From positions 157,976,001-158,040,000 of the forward strand of contig OZ024742.1 of assembly GCA_964016885.1 (NCBI GenBank): a stretch of 64,000 nt of DNA. Reading direction: 5' to 3'. A program made the position numbers and the translations under genes. How positions within the stretch are numbered: position 1 is the stretch's first letter; every line of letters begins with the position of its first letter. The notes beneath the pieces were generated by a model. The model did not search any database. It had not been told where the DNA came from and saw only the letters and a list, made by a program, of their open reading frames with translations. Below, one piece after another: positions 49,140 through 62,672 of the stretch. This DNA comes from Eledone cirrhosa (lineage: Eukaryota).

Positions 49140-50294
49140 TGTCTGTGTGGATATTCATGATAAAAATTGACACAGCTTCAATCCTTATCTGCGTTTCACG
49201 ATACCGCTCATTGAAATCATCCAAGTACGTAAGTATGATGTCAAATTATAAAAAAGAATATTCGCAATACGATTTACATGAGATTAGACACCAAACTATG
49301 ATTTGTTGCAACACCCATTCCTTAGAATAGGCATTGCACATTCATTCTCTTTATTGTTACATGCAGAACAAATGCTAAATACATTTGCATGGACCCGCAA
49401 CTCCTGATAGGAGCGCCGTCGATTTATTCGGCCTTTCTTGGACATTATAACAATGGAAAAGACGATTTGTCCTCAATCGGCAGAGAGCCAGAAGTAATAC
49501 CCCAAATATTTTTATATAATGTTCCAACAACCTTTTCAATTTGTCGTCATGTAATTACCTCTATTAAATGCAAAAACAAATAATATTTTGATACTTGTAG
49601 CACATCAGTATTATAAGTTTAAATAAGTTTAAAACAGACATCAAAGAGATTTACTAGTGTTAATAGTTTTAGGTTTTACCAAAGTATATTCACCCTGTAA
49701 AATTATTTTAGTTAGAGTAAACCCATCACGTGCAAATTCATAAGTAATTATAGATAGAAGTGTCTGCAAACATGATTCTTAAAATTTGAACTCACCCTAT
49801 CAGCAAAAAATTCGGCATAGAAATCAAAATCTCTCCCAGAACCATCTATGAAAAAATTTCCGAGTCCAATGTTCGACTCGGTTAATCAATACAGGTATTT
49901 GAAAATGATGTAGAAAAACTAAACATTCTCATTGTGAAAATCGATAAAGGGATGAAGAAATGCCTTTCATTCTCACATATTGTATATATATATGTTGTAT
50001 TTTCAATACTTTCTCTTTCTCTCTCTGAATTATTAATCACTCGTGCCCCCCCCCTCTCTCTATGTTTTTCGCTCACACACACTCAGCCACTCACAATTTC
50101 TCAAATTTGCATGTACACGATACTCCTTATTCTCTCAATTTCTCTCATCCACGTAGTTTAGGGTGACTGAAATAATGTATACATTCCCCGAAATTGCCTG
50201 ACTGAATACATGTGTGCTTTATCCAAAAATTATTTTTTTCCGTTCCTTCTTCTCATTCTCTATCTTTCAATTGCAAGTTTTATTTCTCATTCTA

Positions 50295-50330
50295 TCTTCT
50301 GATGACGGACTAGTGTCCGAAATGTAAGGA
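50295..50330 (+). ncRNA. Minimal hammerhead ribozyme
   Basis: tctt-CTGATGA-cGGAC-tagt-GTCC-GAAA-tg-TA-agga. The tg may be a deaminated cg in stem III. Confidence 0.65.
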
Positions 50331-50809
50331 ATCGTTGCCTGCTATATCAAGCATTAAAATATTATATTTCTTCATTGTTGTTTTTTATTTACTTTTCAAA
50401 TACAGGTGTGTATTCACGCGCGTATAAATTCATATATACGCACGAAGGTCTTCCTCATTACACACACACACAGGTAGGCATACGTGTACAGATATGTGTG
50501 TATCTGTTGTTATGTTAGCAAGATTACTGTCAGCTACTACTGTGACTTTCGTGGATTCCCGTTGTGCAGACAACTGGCAATAATTTTTCCCCATGAGAGA
50601 ATATATGAAAAATATTATACAAGTGGCTAATGTAATAAACTACACAGATTTGACAGTAAAGTATACCTTTTAGAAAATATATATCTAGATAATATAAAAA
50701 TGAATATTAATTGCATTTTACAACTAACTTCACAACTATAAACACAAATTTGCCAACATACACATCTAAATGTTTATGTATTTACGTATATGTATATATA
50801 TATATATAT

Positions 50810-51030
50810 TACAAAGTGAGTTTTTTTTACAAATTGAAAAATAACCGAGGTGTCCTACACGAGTGAAAGTATAAAGAAAAAAAGATGAAATCGAAAATGC
50901 AACTGGAGTCTTATTTTTTTATTTAAATATATATATTTATATATATTTATATTTGAAGGAATCAAATAATTATATTTATTTAAAAAAAAAAAAAAGACTC
51001 CAGTTGCATTTTCGATTTCATCTTATTTTC

Positions 51031-51036
<6 letters not shown>
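50810..51036. mobile_element. Short fold-back fragment of the 58273-59125 family
   Basis: aaagtgag..cgaggtgtcctacacgagtgaaa..atcgaaaatgcaactggagt is shared with 58275-58369. An inverted copy lies at ~50957-51036. Confidence 0.75.
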
Positions 51037-51114
<78 letters not shown>

Positions 51115-51139
51115 AGTATGTGCGCGTACATACATATAT

Positions 51140-51601
51140 GAGTACAGACGTACTTTAGTATGTATATATATACATACATGCACACACATATATATATATA
51201 TATATGCACGTATGGGTTTACCGAACATATATTATAATGTTCGGTTTGTTTGTAAACAAACAGCCCGAATTACACCGTACAGTGCTCGGCAACCATGTTT
51301 GCCCGTTTGTTCAACACTGACCGATGTACTAGTTTCAAGCTTATTAGCTATCGTCAGCAGCGTATACCTTTCTGTCAGATGATTGAATATTTGAAAGTAT
51401 ATACTTTCCTTATAGATATTGACGGCTGGGCAGACTAATTTGCATATCAAGTGAGTTAGTCGGCCGGGCGCACCGAAAATGATAAATGAAATTTCATTTC
51501 TCACTTTTAGTACGGCTGATACCTAAATATAAGTATGTATACGTACTTATATGTGTACAGACGTACAGTAGTACGTATATATATATACATACATGCACAT
51601 A

Positions 51602-51648
<47 letters not shown>

Positions 51649-52335
51649 GTATGGGTTTACCGAACATTTATTATACTGTTCGGTTTGTTTGTAAACAACC
51701 CGAATTACGCCGTAGAGTGCTAGGCAACCATCGTCGCCCTTTTGTTCAACACTGACACAGGAACCATGTACTAGTTTCAAGTTTCAAGCTTATTAGCTAT
51801 CGTCAGCATCGTATACTTTTCTGTCAGATGATTAAACGTTTGAAAGTATATACTTTCCTTATGCACGTATATACTTTACGTATGTACGTCTGTATACATA
51901 TATGTATGTACGTATACATACTTATATTTAGGTATCAGCCGTACTAAGGGTGAGAAATGAAATTTCGTTTTATTCTTTTCCATCTATCGTTTTCGGTGCG
52001 CCCGGCCGACTAACTCACTCGATATGCAAATTAGGCTGCCCTGCCGTTAATATGCATAAGGAAAGTATATACTTTTAAACGTTCAATCATCTGACAGAAA
52101 GGTATACGATGCTGACGATAGCTAATAAGCTTGAAACTAGTACATCGTTCCTTTGTCAGTTTTGAACAAAAGGGCGACGATGGTTGCCGAACACTGTACG
52201 GCGTAATTCGGGCTGTTTGTTTACAAACAAACCAAACATTATAATAAATGTTCGGTAAACCCATACGTACATATATATATATATATATATGTGTGTGTGC
52301 ATGTTTGTATATATATATATATACATACTACTGTA
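51140..52335. mobile_element. ~440-bp hammerhead-containing repeat: 1.7 tandem units plus one inverted unit (retrozyme-like)
   Basis: cgtatgggtttaccgaacat at 51209 and 51648. Inverted unit at ~51915-52335. Each unit has a hammerhead. Diverged relatives at 43120-43450 and 45090-45200. Confidence 0.8.
52107..52147 (+). ncRNA. Minimal hammerhead ribozyme of the ~440-bp repeat; further copies on the minus strand at 51322-51362 and 51766-51811
   Basis: cgatg-CTGACGA-tAGC-taataa-GCTt-GAAA-ctag-TA-catcg. Confidence 0.8.
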
Positions 52336-52354
52336 CGGTAGTAGAGTGGGAAAT

Positions 52355-52524
52355 AGGAAAAAGGATGACTCCGACGGCAGAGCTCAAGCCGTTTCGACGA
52401 CTATTTCTGAACTACATTTGAATTTTCTGGACTAAATTAGAATTTTTTGGAAAAATTCTAATTTAGTCCAGAAATAACCGTCGAAACGGCTTGAGCTCTG
52501 CCGTCGGGGTCATACTTTTTCCTA
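52355..52524. repeat. Nested inverted repeats (outer ~55 bp, inner ~22 bp) adjoining (TA)n
   Basis: taggaaaaag..ccgacggcagagctcaagccgtttcgacg / cgtcgaaacggcttgagctctgccgtcgg..ctttttccta, with inner ttctggactaaattagaatttt / aaaattctaatttagtccagaa. Confidence 0.85.
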
Positions 52525-54545
52525 TATATATATATATATATCATATTTTCATTAGGTTAGAGGTACTAGTTGTTATTAAAGTTTCAGTGGGAAACCATTT
52601 CCAAATTACTTATTCTATTAAAAGTTTAAGAAATGTATGAATGTTTAACATACTTCTCGACGATCCTCAGGTATAATACCTTTGTATGCATACTGATATA
52701 CATGAATCTCCTATATTCGACACACACAAGTAACTTACATTTTATTATCTATTATTATGGTACTATATATTCTCTCATACGGTTAATTAAGAATCTATAT
52801 TTGAAAATTAGTGCATTTGTGAATTTCAACTGTAATGTATACTAAATTACACCTGCTAAAGAAAGTTTCTTTTTTATTAAGATCTTAAATATAGATTCAC
52901 ATAAGACATATCATAGACATGCCATATGATATGTTGGTGTTTAAAATGCCACTTTTGGTCTCATAATTTCACTAATATCTGCCTTAAAAACTTTATTCAA
53001 AATTCTGAACAGTCATCAATAGTTTCTTAAAGGAGCACTGTAACAATTTCAACAGAATATTCTGCAGTAACATTTTTTGCAGTATGAATCAACGCCGATG
53101 TTAAAGGACATGCCTAACCTTCAACTATTCATTATACCTCAAAGCCTTAAATTAATATTCGATGGGATAATATATCAACAATAATGCCCAGTAGAATGAA
53201 ACCTTGAAAGACAGAAAGGACATTAATAAGATAAAAAATATAGATAGAAAATTTCTAATGAATGTCAATGAATGGAAAAGGCGAAGTCAAGTTAGTGAAC
53301 AGAAACAACACAATGCTAGTGGTGATACTTTCAGAGCCTTTTATTCTGCAAATTTGGCATCTTAGCTTTCAGAGAAGCTAATTCATATCTCCCGTCACAG
53401 TGAAAACCTCACGCCACATAAACAATTTGAATTTCTTGAAGATCTTGAAAAGCTGTCGTGATGCCTGCTCTCGAATACAAAAACAAAAAAAAAATCATCC
53501 ACAAGATTAACTAAAGACAGACAAGAAATTGAAAACATAATATAAAAACATTATGTAGTCAGAACAATGGTTCCTGTAGGCACGCAAAAATAGAAATTAA
53601 AAGTAATTAGAAAACAGGTAACTAAAACAAAATCCTTCCATTATCAATAACATTTAAAATTAATAACATTTAAATTATATTTCTTATGATTAATTTTGCT
53701 TTCATTTTTTCTTTGTGGTGGTAGTCGTTGTCGTCGTCATGTTGTTAAATAATAGTAATATTATTGATAAATATCAGAAGACGGATGGTCAGATTGTTTT
53801 AAAGTTTATTAACTCCGTTTACTTTATTTTCGAATACTTTTCACTATTTTGTCTTTTACTTTAAATATAATAGAAAACGAGGAAGAAAGGATTTTGTTCC
53901 AGGCCCTAGTGACAAAATGTTTTAAATGTTTTGAAATTTCATTAAAAAATAATAAAATATGAAAAGATCATCAAAATTATTGATTTTATTTAAAAGAGCT
54001 GTTTGTTCGAAAGCTTGAAGCAAAAATCTCCTAAAGTTATGTTGAAAAATCTATGGGGTTCTAAACAACGTCTTCAAACGCTGATCTTTTAAATTCAAAA
54101 GCTCACAGAGAATGTCACACAAATCATTACAAGAAAAACAACAGCAACAACGTTGTCGTAGAAGAGAAACGAAAGTCGATGTTGCCAATCAAATAATAGT
54201 TATAAAGTGTGTATCAAAATAATTTACTTCCTTCCTATATAAAAATACAATACAAGTAAAATATGTACTGGCTTTTCTGCTTCAACTACCCACCTGATGA
54301 CAAATATGTTTTTATCTTTGCTGGTGTCTTTGCTGGTGTCTTCACTGCCCATTGTTGTTGTTGTTGTCAGGTCAGCTTTTATCGAACAATTATATGATCA
54401 AATATCTTCTAGCTCTAATGATATTTCTGTATTAGTAATTGTGTATTTCTCTTTCAAACAAAATTAACTTTACTAAAATGTTATTTCAAGCAGAACGACC
54501 ATTTTCAGAGTGCCTCTGTCATTGTCAGGGATAAAAGAATGTAAT

Positions 54546-54757
54546 TAATTGTTTTTACTTTAGGCACAAGGCCAGCAATTTGAAGGGAAGTGGAAAGTCG
54601 ATTAAATCGAGACCAGTGCTGCATAATTTTATCGACCCCGTGAAGATGAGAGGCAAACTAACCTTAGCGGAATTTTAAATCAGGACGTAAAGGTCTGTAA
54701 TGCTCTGCTTCGAAACATGTTGTCTGACACTCTATCAATACTTCCAATCCACCACCC
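54546..54757 (-). mobile_element. SINE family A
   Basis: Diverged reverse-complement copy (ggcacaaggccagcaatt...ttttatcgacccc). Confidence 0.75.
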
Positions 54758-57700
54758 TCATCTCCAGTTATTATTACCGTTGATTATCTCTAAACCAGTC
54801 CTGATTATATAAGGTGTTCCAAATGGAATTCATTAACTTTCTTTTTCGTGCAGTGTAACAACGACAAATATATTGGTCTTACTTCTTTTTAAGACGTTGT
54901 GCGGTGGAAATATCAATTAATGAATTCACTGACAATAAAAGACATAACATATTTTACAATCAATATAATCATAGGATTCGCAATCATTCTAACTCTGTTT
55001 TCTCACCGGTTGTGTTGGAATTGCTATTTATTTGTATATGACTAGGTGTGGTATAAACGAATGAAAAGCGTAAAGAATATATAACCTGGAGGTAAAGTAT
55101 TTGTTTGATATACTCGAGCATTATCCGATGTTTTCCCCGATACGCATAAACATGCCTAACACATCAAAGCTGCACTAAATAAACAAGGTATATGTCTATG
55201 CAAGGCGAAATTACTATTAATGTCAAAGGTTTAATGCAATAATCACCAACTCATCTCCGGGGAAAACCTTCAATAACTATTAAAATAACAATATTTTCGA
55301 GAGTGATTTTTCAAGACTGCAATGATCCATATGTGCACATGAGTTTACCGAATGTGTTCTGATGTATAGGAGTGTGTTTGGTTAATCCACCAAGAGATGT
55401 ACGGACGTTTCTACACAAATCGCCGATTATAAACCGGTTTTATGGATGCAGTGGAGCAGTCATTTGTTTTGGCCTTCTGAATTCATAAAATACTTTGTAG
55501 GTTAGCTTTGGAAAGGTATATACAACAATTAAAACAATTATGCTTATTGTATCAACTTCCAAAATGGTATATCGTTATACAGCACTCTAAAATTCAAGAG
55601 ATGTATACTATTTCAAAACTTCTTGCATCCTCCTTTACGTTTGTTTTCTGTTGGTGGTGCTAACGATCTTTTCCATTTATCCTTATATATTTCAATTACT
55701 TCTCTTTGAACATATTTTTAACCACAGCTGTACTTTGTGATAGATGTACGTTTTACACAGAAACTTAACATATGACACCTGTTTTGGTATCTTCTGATCA
55801 TTCAGTCATATACAATTCCGGGCTAATGTAAAAGAGGCATATGTGCCATTGTCCCAATATATCAGGTGGCCTCAAAAGGATTGTCTCTTGAGACGCGATG
55901 GTTTTCTGACATATAGAATGTCTCAAAATCTCCGGTATAAGCGTGAGATATTTTACAATATGTACGTAAAACACCCACATTCAATATAAGTAACGAAGTA
56001 ATACATACGCTTGCAACAAACAGCACTTTTGACTTGTTGATGAGCTACTGCGAACAGACATATAGCGCAAGAGTCCCGAAGGATTTGCTACTTTTCAGAT
56101 ATGTAATTATTTGAGACGCAAAATATGTTTATATAACTATATACTGGTTCACACTCCACATGTTTAGATTTTCGTTCTCTTTTTTGGTTGGTTTCAGTTC
56201 ATTATATTGGCATGGCCTTGATGAGGTTGATATTTTGTATTTGTTTGAAATTATTGATGTACATAGTTAAGGTGTGATTGTTAGACGGTTTAATTAATGA
56301 TTTTCTTGTTGACGTTGAGTATATAATTGATGATGAACATACATGTAAGGATGTCGATCGTATTTCATGGTATATGCTTGCTTAGATATACATATATGTA
56401 CAGAAGTACACAAGTATATACACTTTCACACATAAACCCAAAGACAGACACATACACACGAAATAACGCTTATAGCTCACATAATTGAATGTACATGTAT
56501 ATTCTCTTGTTCTAATTATTATAATACTCAATTACTCTAAAATATGGCAATACATTTGAGAATTGTTTTTATGTTAACATTATTCTATTAAAAGTTATAT
56601 TAGTCGCATATATATCTATGTATAAGTTAATGCTTGTGTCTTGATTTTAATAACCCTGATAGTTGCGTTTAAATCTGGATGTCGTCATGAAGGTTAAATA
56701 AGCTACATATTTACTTAAATATTGATCAGCGGTTCTCTCCTCCAAACAAAATACAAAAGAGTTGGTTGTAATTCAAATACTCGTTTTCATATCCAATGTT
56801 ATGAATGTACCTATATTATTGTCAATATTTATACAAATATTTTTAAAATGAGATTTATATATATAATTTTCTATTTATCATCCAATTTTTCTTTCGCATA
56901 GAAATATATATTGTACATTAGGAAATTTAAATGATGAATTAATATAATGTTATAACACATTAAACACGATACCTCTTAATATAATACTGTAGAGTATATT
57001 CATTTCATCAAATAGCTTTTCATAATATATATATAAGATTTTATTGGGTATATATAAATAATATAATATCATTAATTTAGTATTTTGTTTGTGTGAAGAT
57101 ATTTGGCTTTGAATTTGTCGATGCTTGCAGTTAATAACAATTTCCACAAGAATACGATGTGATGCAATGTTTATCGCATTGAAGATCTTTCTTCGGAAGG
57201 TGACTTCTCCGACAAAATTAGTACCGGTCCATCAACTTATGCTAAAATTAGATTTAGTTGACTTGTGCTGAATAAATGTTGGTCAAAACTGAACATATTC
57301 CTATCTTCTTACCATTCAAGCCCTTTCCTTTTTCGGAACCATAATACTTCCATCACACTTTGTTACCTAACCTAACAGTGATTCAACCAAATACACCAAC
57401 ATTTGTCGGTTCATGGAGTCTACGTAATGATATGTGTCTGGCTGGCAAGTGCATGACAATGCTAAGAAACCAAGCTGAACCATTAACCGATTGGGTTATC
57501 TTCCATTGTTATAATATGGAAACATTTATTAAACATACGCTGATTAATTTCAAGCAGACCAAACTGTTAATTATTTTCATTTACTCTTAAAATCTGCTCT
57601 TCAACTAAGGTTTCGATTGTGTAAACTGTATGCACGGACTCAGCTGAGAAATGAATCCATGTGAGAATAATTTGAAACCATTTTGTTACGTTCCTCATTC

Positions 57701-58272
57701 AGATAACACCAAAGAAAGACACACTGGAAAATTAAAGAGGTTGTAAACTAGAAACTAGAGATTATAACATACGACTGCTGCATGATGGCGAAGCTGAAAC
57801 AACTGTGCTATGACTGAAGCAGCTTCTGAGACACAGTCTCCTCAATCACTACCATAATTTTTGTGGTGCTTTAAAATGAGCCAGAAACTTACGGTTATCA
57901 AACGTTGACTTTCCCATTATTTAATATTAAGAAGCAATTTCCGTACACGAAACAATCATTTATCTATTGATCTCATTTAACGGAATCGTGAACGTAATTT
58001 TCTCTTGTGAAATTTATCCAATTCTCAGGTCTGATTCCGTCAAAGCTAATGTTTTAAGACTTGTCACACCAACCGATAACATATTCAGCTAAACCTTTTT
58101 CGACACATGTGATGGATTTTATGTTGCCACTTCAAGAAAGATACATACTGTTCATAATTTCCTGAGCAGTGAACTTAATTGTCATAAAGCTGTTCTGATT
58201 GACAGTTCCTACGCTTATCCCAATACGTATATATCCGTATAAATATACATATACTTAGGCATATATATATAT

Positions 58273-59125
58273 TAGAAAGTGAGGTCTTTTTACAAAATGA
58301 AAAAAACGAGGTGTCCTACACGAGTGAAATTATAAGGAAAAAAGATAAAATCGAAAATGCAACTGGAGTATTTTTGTTATTAAATATTTATTTATTTGGT
58401 TCCTTTACCGGTTTCGCAGTTCTTCTGCTTTTCAAAAGTAGAATTGAGCTGGAGGGTTTGTGGGTTTTCTCACATCTGGTTGGTGTTTGAATGTTACTTC
58501 TGTTTTATATGGAAAAAGGTGGCTTGAAATGCTAGGTTTTTTGAGAAGTAATTTGGTTGGGGAATAGGTATAATACATTTCGCGCCAGTTCGCGTTACAA
58601 AGTTCTTATTATATTTGTCTTCAAAAAAAGGGGGGCTCAGATTGTTTTTTCATATATGAGTGAAGTTTGGTTGGTTGATGCAGTCACGTAAAAAGTACAT
58701 CAGCTTTAGCGCCAGTTTGTGTTTGAATTTCCTTTTACTTAAAAAAAAGGTGGCTCACGAAGGCTTTTTTTTAAATGTAATTTGATTGGTTATAAATGAA
58801 ATTATCACTGTCACCTGAACAAGTACATTACATTTTGCGCCCGTATTTGGGTATTTATTTTGTAGCCTTTTCTAAACTCAGTGAGTGAATATGCTCCGAA
58901 ATCATTAGACGTGTCCGTCGAATCTGCGGATCCAGAATCAGACAGATCCACACAATGATCGCGTCTCGAGCTGTCCGCCGGCGAAACAATTGTAATACAC
59001 AATAAATTGAGTTCAGATGCGTCACTGATTTTTCGTTTTCTATTCTATCATACTCTGCTCTGTAAGAGCATAGAGTGCTCAACCGGCATACCGCATATGG
59101 AAGCATCTTAGCTACCATCAGACAC
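58273..59125 (-). mobile_element. Non-autonomous hammerhead-bearing element between TA tracts, with three internal ~115-bp degenerate repeats
   Basis: Hammerhead at 58403-58438. Repeated aaaaggtggct...tttggttgg...gcgcc(a/c)gtt units at ~58512, ~58625 and ~58742. Confidence 0.6.
58403..58438 (-). ncRNA. Minimal hammerhead ribozyme, U3-A8 compensatory core variant
   Basis: Minus strand: ctt-TTGAAAA-GCAG-aagaa-CTGC-GAAA-ccgg-TA-aag. Confidence 0.7.
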
Positions 59126-60580
59126 ATATATATATACGCATATGTATGTAATAGGTAAGCAGAAAAAACAGCACAAACGGTACAATATATGGAAGGAATA
59201 TATTAGTTTATCGCTTGAAATATATATATATATATATATTTCAGGGATATCATATTAACAATATGTTATGCCTTCTTCAGACAAAATACAATATAGACAG
59301 TCTTATAAATAAATAGATTCGACATACCTTTCAACATCGACTTGCATTTGAAAAGTTGATTTGGCAGTAAAAATATTATGGGCAGTTGTAAAAAGAAAGA
59401 AAGAAAGAAAGAAAGAAAAACGAAGAAAAAGAAGAAATGCATGCAACTAAATAGAGAGAGATAGAAAGATAGATAAAGAGAAGAACTTCATGTAAAGAAA
59501 CAGAGAGAGATATATAGAGAGAGGTAATAGATAGAGATAGATAGATATAGATAGAAAAAAATAGGTAGTTGAGCATCAGTTGAATGACGTATCAATGATA
59601 CATTTATTTATTTATTTATTTAGCTCTAGTATTAATGTAAAGAGAGATATATGTGGTTAGGAGAGAAAACAGCCGTTATATAGAGAGAAAAAAGAAAAAT
59701 GAAAAATAACCAGACATAAGCGAGGGAGAATTTAAAAACACTATGTTTCATCAATGTAGAAATATTAGTTCGTATAAAAACAGGCATTATAATGTAAATA
59801 TCAGTATTCATGAATGAGACACGTATCTATAATGTGTGAAAAGTAATGATCATATGTCTAGTTTTAAAAATTCATATGTTTATATCATAACTATAAACAT
59901 CGATGTGAATTTACGTGATCAGCTCTGCAAACTCCTATTTCACACGAAAACATTCTCATTGTGCTATAAAAATTCAAGTATACATTTATGTGCATATATA
60001 CACATATATATAGAGTCTATATTAATTTTAACAATACTATTCTTGTCTTTACTCTACATGATTATCGATCAAGCAGAAATAGAGAACAGATTTCAATATA
60101 TTAATACAATTAATAAAAATATCAGAAACAAAAATAAATAAACAGAAAACTAAAAAATATTAAATATTAAAAATAAAAAATATTAAAAATATTAAAGAAT
60201 ATTAAAAAATATTAAAAAATAATAAAAATAAAACATAGTATGCCACGCAAATCGACCACAAAGATCAACCCTTCAAAGTTAATTGACAATATATTGCCAA
60301 GTTCATTATAAGCATCAGAGTCAAAAACAGATAAAACCAAAAATTATTTACCAAATCCTGTCTAGCAGAAATCATTCCAAAAGTTTAGGATACCCATTTG
60401 GTCTACATATGTTCTTATATTTAATATAGAAGTGTATCTAGTGTAAAATTTATTCGATATATTTGGAGCATCAACTTTTAGGGTAGTTTAATTATTCATG
60501 AAGAATGTTTAAAATAAAAAGAAGAAATCGAAAGATTTATCGGCTAGTTTCATAAATAATTACAAATCAAACTAAATATA

Positions 60581-61237
60581 CTACATTTTAAATTTAAATT
60601 TATATTTAAAAGTTGAGTTTAATCTATGTCTGCAGCAACTGAATAAATTTGTCCGTAGATTAAGGGAATTTTTAGATTTTAGTATAAAGAATATCTCCTC
60701 CGCGCAGAGGTCACATGTCTCAGAGGATGAATTAAAAGGAATCCCTCTTGAACCTATATTCCAAGCCGTCGAATATCTAACGTTATCATGCCTAAGTTGC
60801 CAGAGTACGCCTGATAGTGCTGTTGAAGATTTTTTGCTTGGATCTGTGAAAGAATTCTTGTGGTTATTATAGCGAAGTTTAAATTCCGTCGATGTGGAAC
60901 CAACGTAGTTAAAAGAATTAAAGTCCGTTTTAACATTACAGTTGTATATTATATTTTTAACTAAGCAGTTGTTATTTAACGGACATTTAGATCTATCTCT
61001 ACAGTTACATTTGTTAACTTGGATATTTATGCTATTATCGCTAGCTTTTAAGTTCCTATTATTTATTCTATTAATATTTTGTGCTAAATTTTTCGTGGAT
61101 GAGTAGGTTAATTTTATAGTATGTCTATTGAAAATTGAGTGATACATATGTGTTCTAGGGAAGCGATTATCAAGAGCTTTAAAAAATAGTTTAGCGATGT
61201 GGGTTTTAATGTTTAGTGAGAAGGGGGGGGGGGGGGG
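60581..61237 (-). CDS. PLE linker + GIY-YIG endonuclease (continues the RT ORF after a frameshift in a G15 run)
   Basis: PPFSLNIKT..IFNRHTIKLTYS, CNCRDRSKCPL (CxCx5C), IIY..YVGSTST.FKLRYNNH (GIY-YIG with catalytic R), CDLCAEE, NLRTNLFSCCRH. Confidence 0.9.
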   Translation of the reverse strand, partial: PPPPPFSLNIKTHIAKLFFKALDNRFPRTHMYHSIFNRHTIKLTYSSTKNLAQNINRINNRNLKASDNSINIQVNKCNCRDRSKCPLNNNCLVKNIIYNCNVKTDFNSFNYVGSTSTEFKLRYNNHKNSFTDPSKKSSTALSGVLWQLRHDNVRYSTAWNIGSRGIPFNSSSETCDLCAEEIFFILKSKNSLNLRTNLFSCCRHRLNSTFKYKFKFKM

Positions 61238-62079
61238 CGGGCAAACCATATTATATTCCTAGTTCTATTTCTTTTTTGGCTTTTGGAATTATTGTAATGC
61301 TTTCTATTATAGTTGTTAAGGCTGTGGCCGTAATTAAAATAGTTGTTATTTTGTTTAGTTTGTCTATTATTATCTATGTACATAATTGTATCACTATATC
61401 CTGCTCTAGCTAACGCTTCATTGTAATACTGGGCTTTTTCGTCGAAAATCTTTTTATTAGACGAGATTCTAGAGATACGTTTTTGAACAGAGTTTACTAT
61501 AGTATTTTTAACAGATCTGGGGTGGTTAGAGTTAAAGCTGACATAGTTTAAGTTTTCATTCAACTTGTGAAATGGATAGTGAAGACATGTGTTGAGATTT
61601 AATGTTATATCTAGGAAATTGACTATTCTATGGTTATTCTCAATTTCTATTTTTAGATTAAAGTAATTAAAAAATTGTGTAATTTGTTTTCTTTTTCTAT
61701 TTCGTTCAGAGTTATTATTATCAATAAGTAAAAGCATGTCATCTCTATATAAACCTCCGGTAGTACCAGGTATTTTCCTATGCAGCGAATTGATTAAAAA
61801 TAAGCCCACAAGGTCAGTTACCTGAGCTGAGTCGGATGATCCCATAGTAATGTCAAAATTGTTATCTCTATCTGCTCTGGTCAATAGTTGGTCATTAAAT
61901 TCTATCAATGTTTTCCTAGCCGATAATATAATGTGCATTTCATTGCTAGTTAGGTCTGTATGTTTGAATGCGTAATTTAGTACCTTATTTAGTAGATTAG
62001 GGGTAATAGAAGAATAATAGTTAGCAATATCAAGTTGAATAAACTTATTATTATTGTTATATTTAATTTGCTTAAACCA
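61238..62079 (-). CDS. PLE reverse transcriptase (partial, 5'-truncated at the inversion junction)
   Basis: The frame stays open upstream of the listed ATG: WFKQIKY..FIQLDIANYYSSI (motif A), FDITMGSSDSAQVTDLVG (motif B), GLYRDDML (catalytic YxDD), FLDITLNL, YVSFNSNHP, RNIIWF. Confidence 0.92.
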
Positions 62080-62479
62080 CTCTCTCTATATAACGGCTGT
62101 TTTCTCTCCTAACCACATATATCTCTCTTTACATTAATACTAGAGCTAAATAAATAAATAAATAAATAAATGTATCATTGATACGTCATTCAACTGATGC
62201 TCAACTACCTACTTTCTCTATCTATATCTATCTATCTCTATCTATTACCTCTCTCTATATATCTATCTCTGTTTCTTTACATGAAGTTATTCTCTTTATC
62301 TATCTTTCTATCTCTCTCTATTTAGTTGCATGCATTTCTTCTTTTTCTTCGTTTTTCTTTCTTTCTTTCTTTCTTTTTACAACTGTCCATAATATTTTTA
62401 CTGCCAAATCAACTTTTCAAATGCAAGTCGATGTTGAAAGGTATGTCGAATCTATTTATTTATAAGACTGTCTGTATTG

Positions 62480-62545
62480 TATTTTGTCTGAAGAAGGCAT
62501 AACATATTGTTAATATGATATCCCTGAAATATATATAATGAAATA
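62480..62545 (+). ncRNA. Minimal type I hammerhead ribozyme in the PLE pseudo-LTR
   Basis: attttgt-CTGAAGA-agg...cct-GAAA-tatata-TA-atgaaat. Stem I pairs with G-U wobbles and stem III is palindromic. The mirror copy at 59232-59287 ends in (TA)n at the predicted cleavage site. Confidence 0.75.
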
Positions 62546-62672
62546 AATATGGTTTTATAAATATAATTTCCATTTATTTAATATCGTAAATATACTCCAA
62601 ATACTTGTTGAGTGCTTTTATATCAGTTATAAATATTTACTCGTTGTAACCCAACAATTTAAATATAACTTT

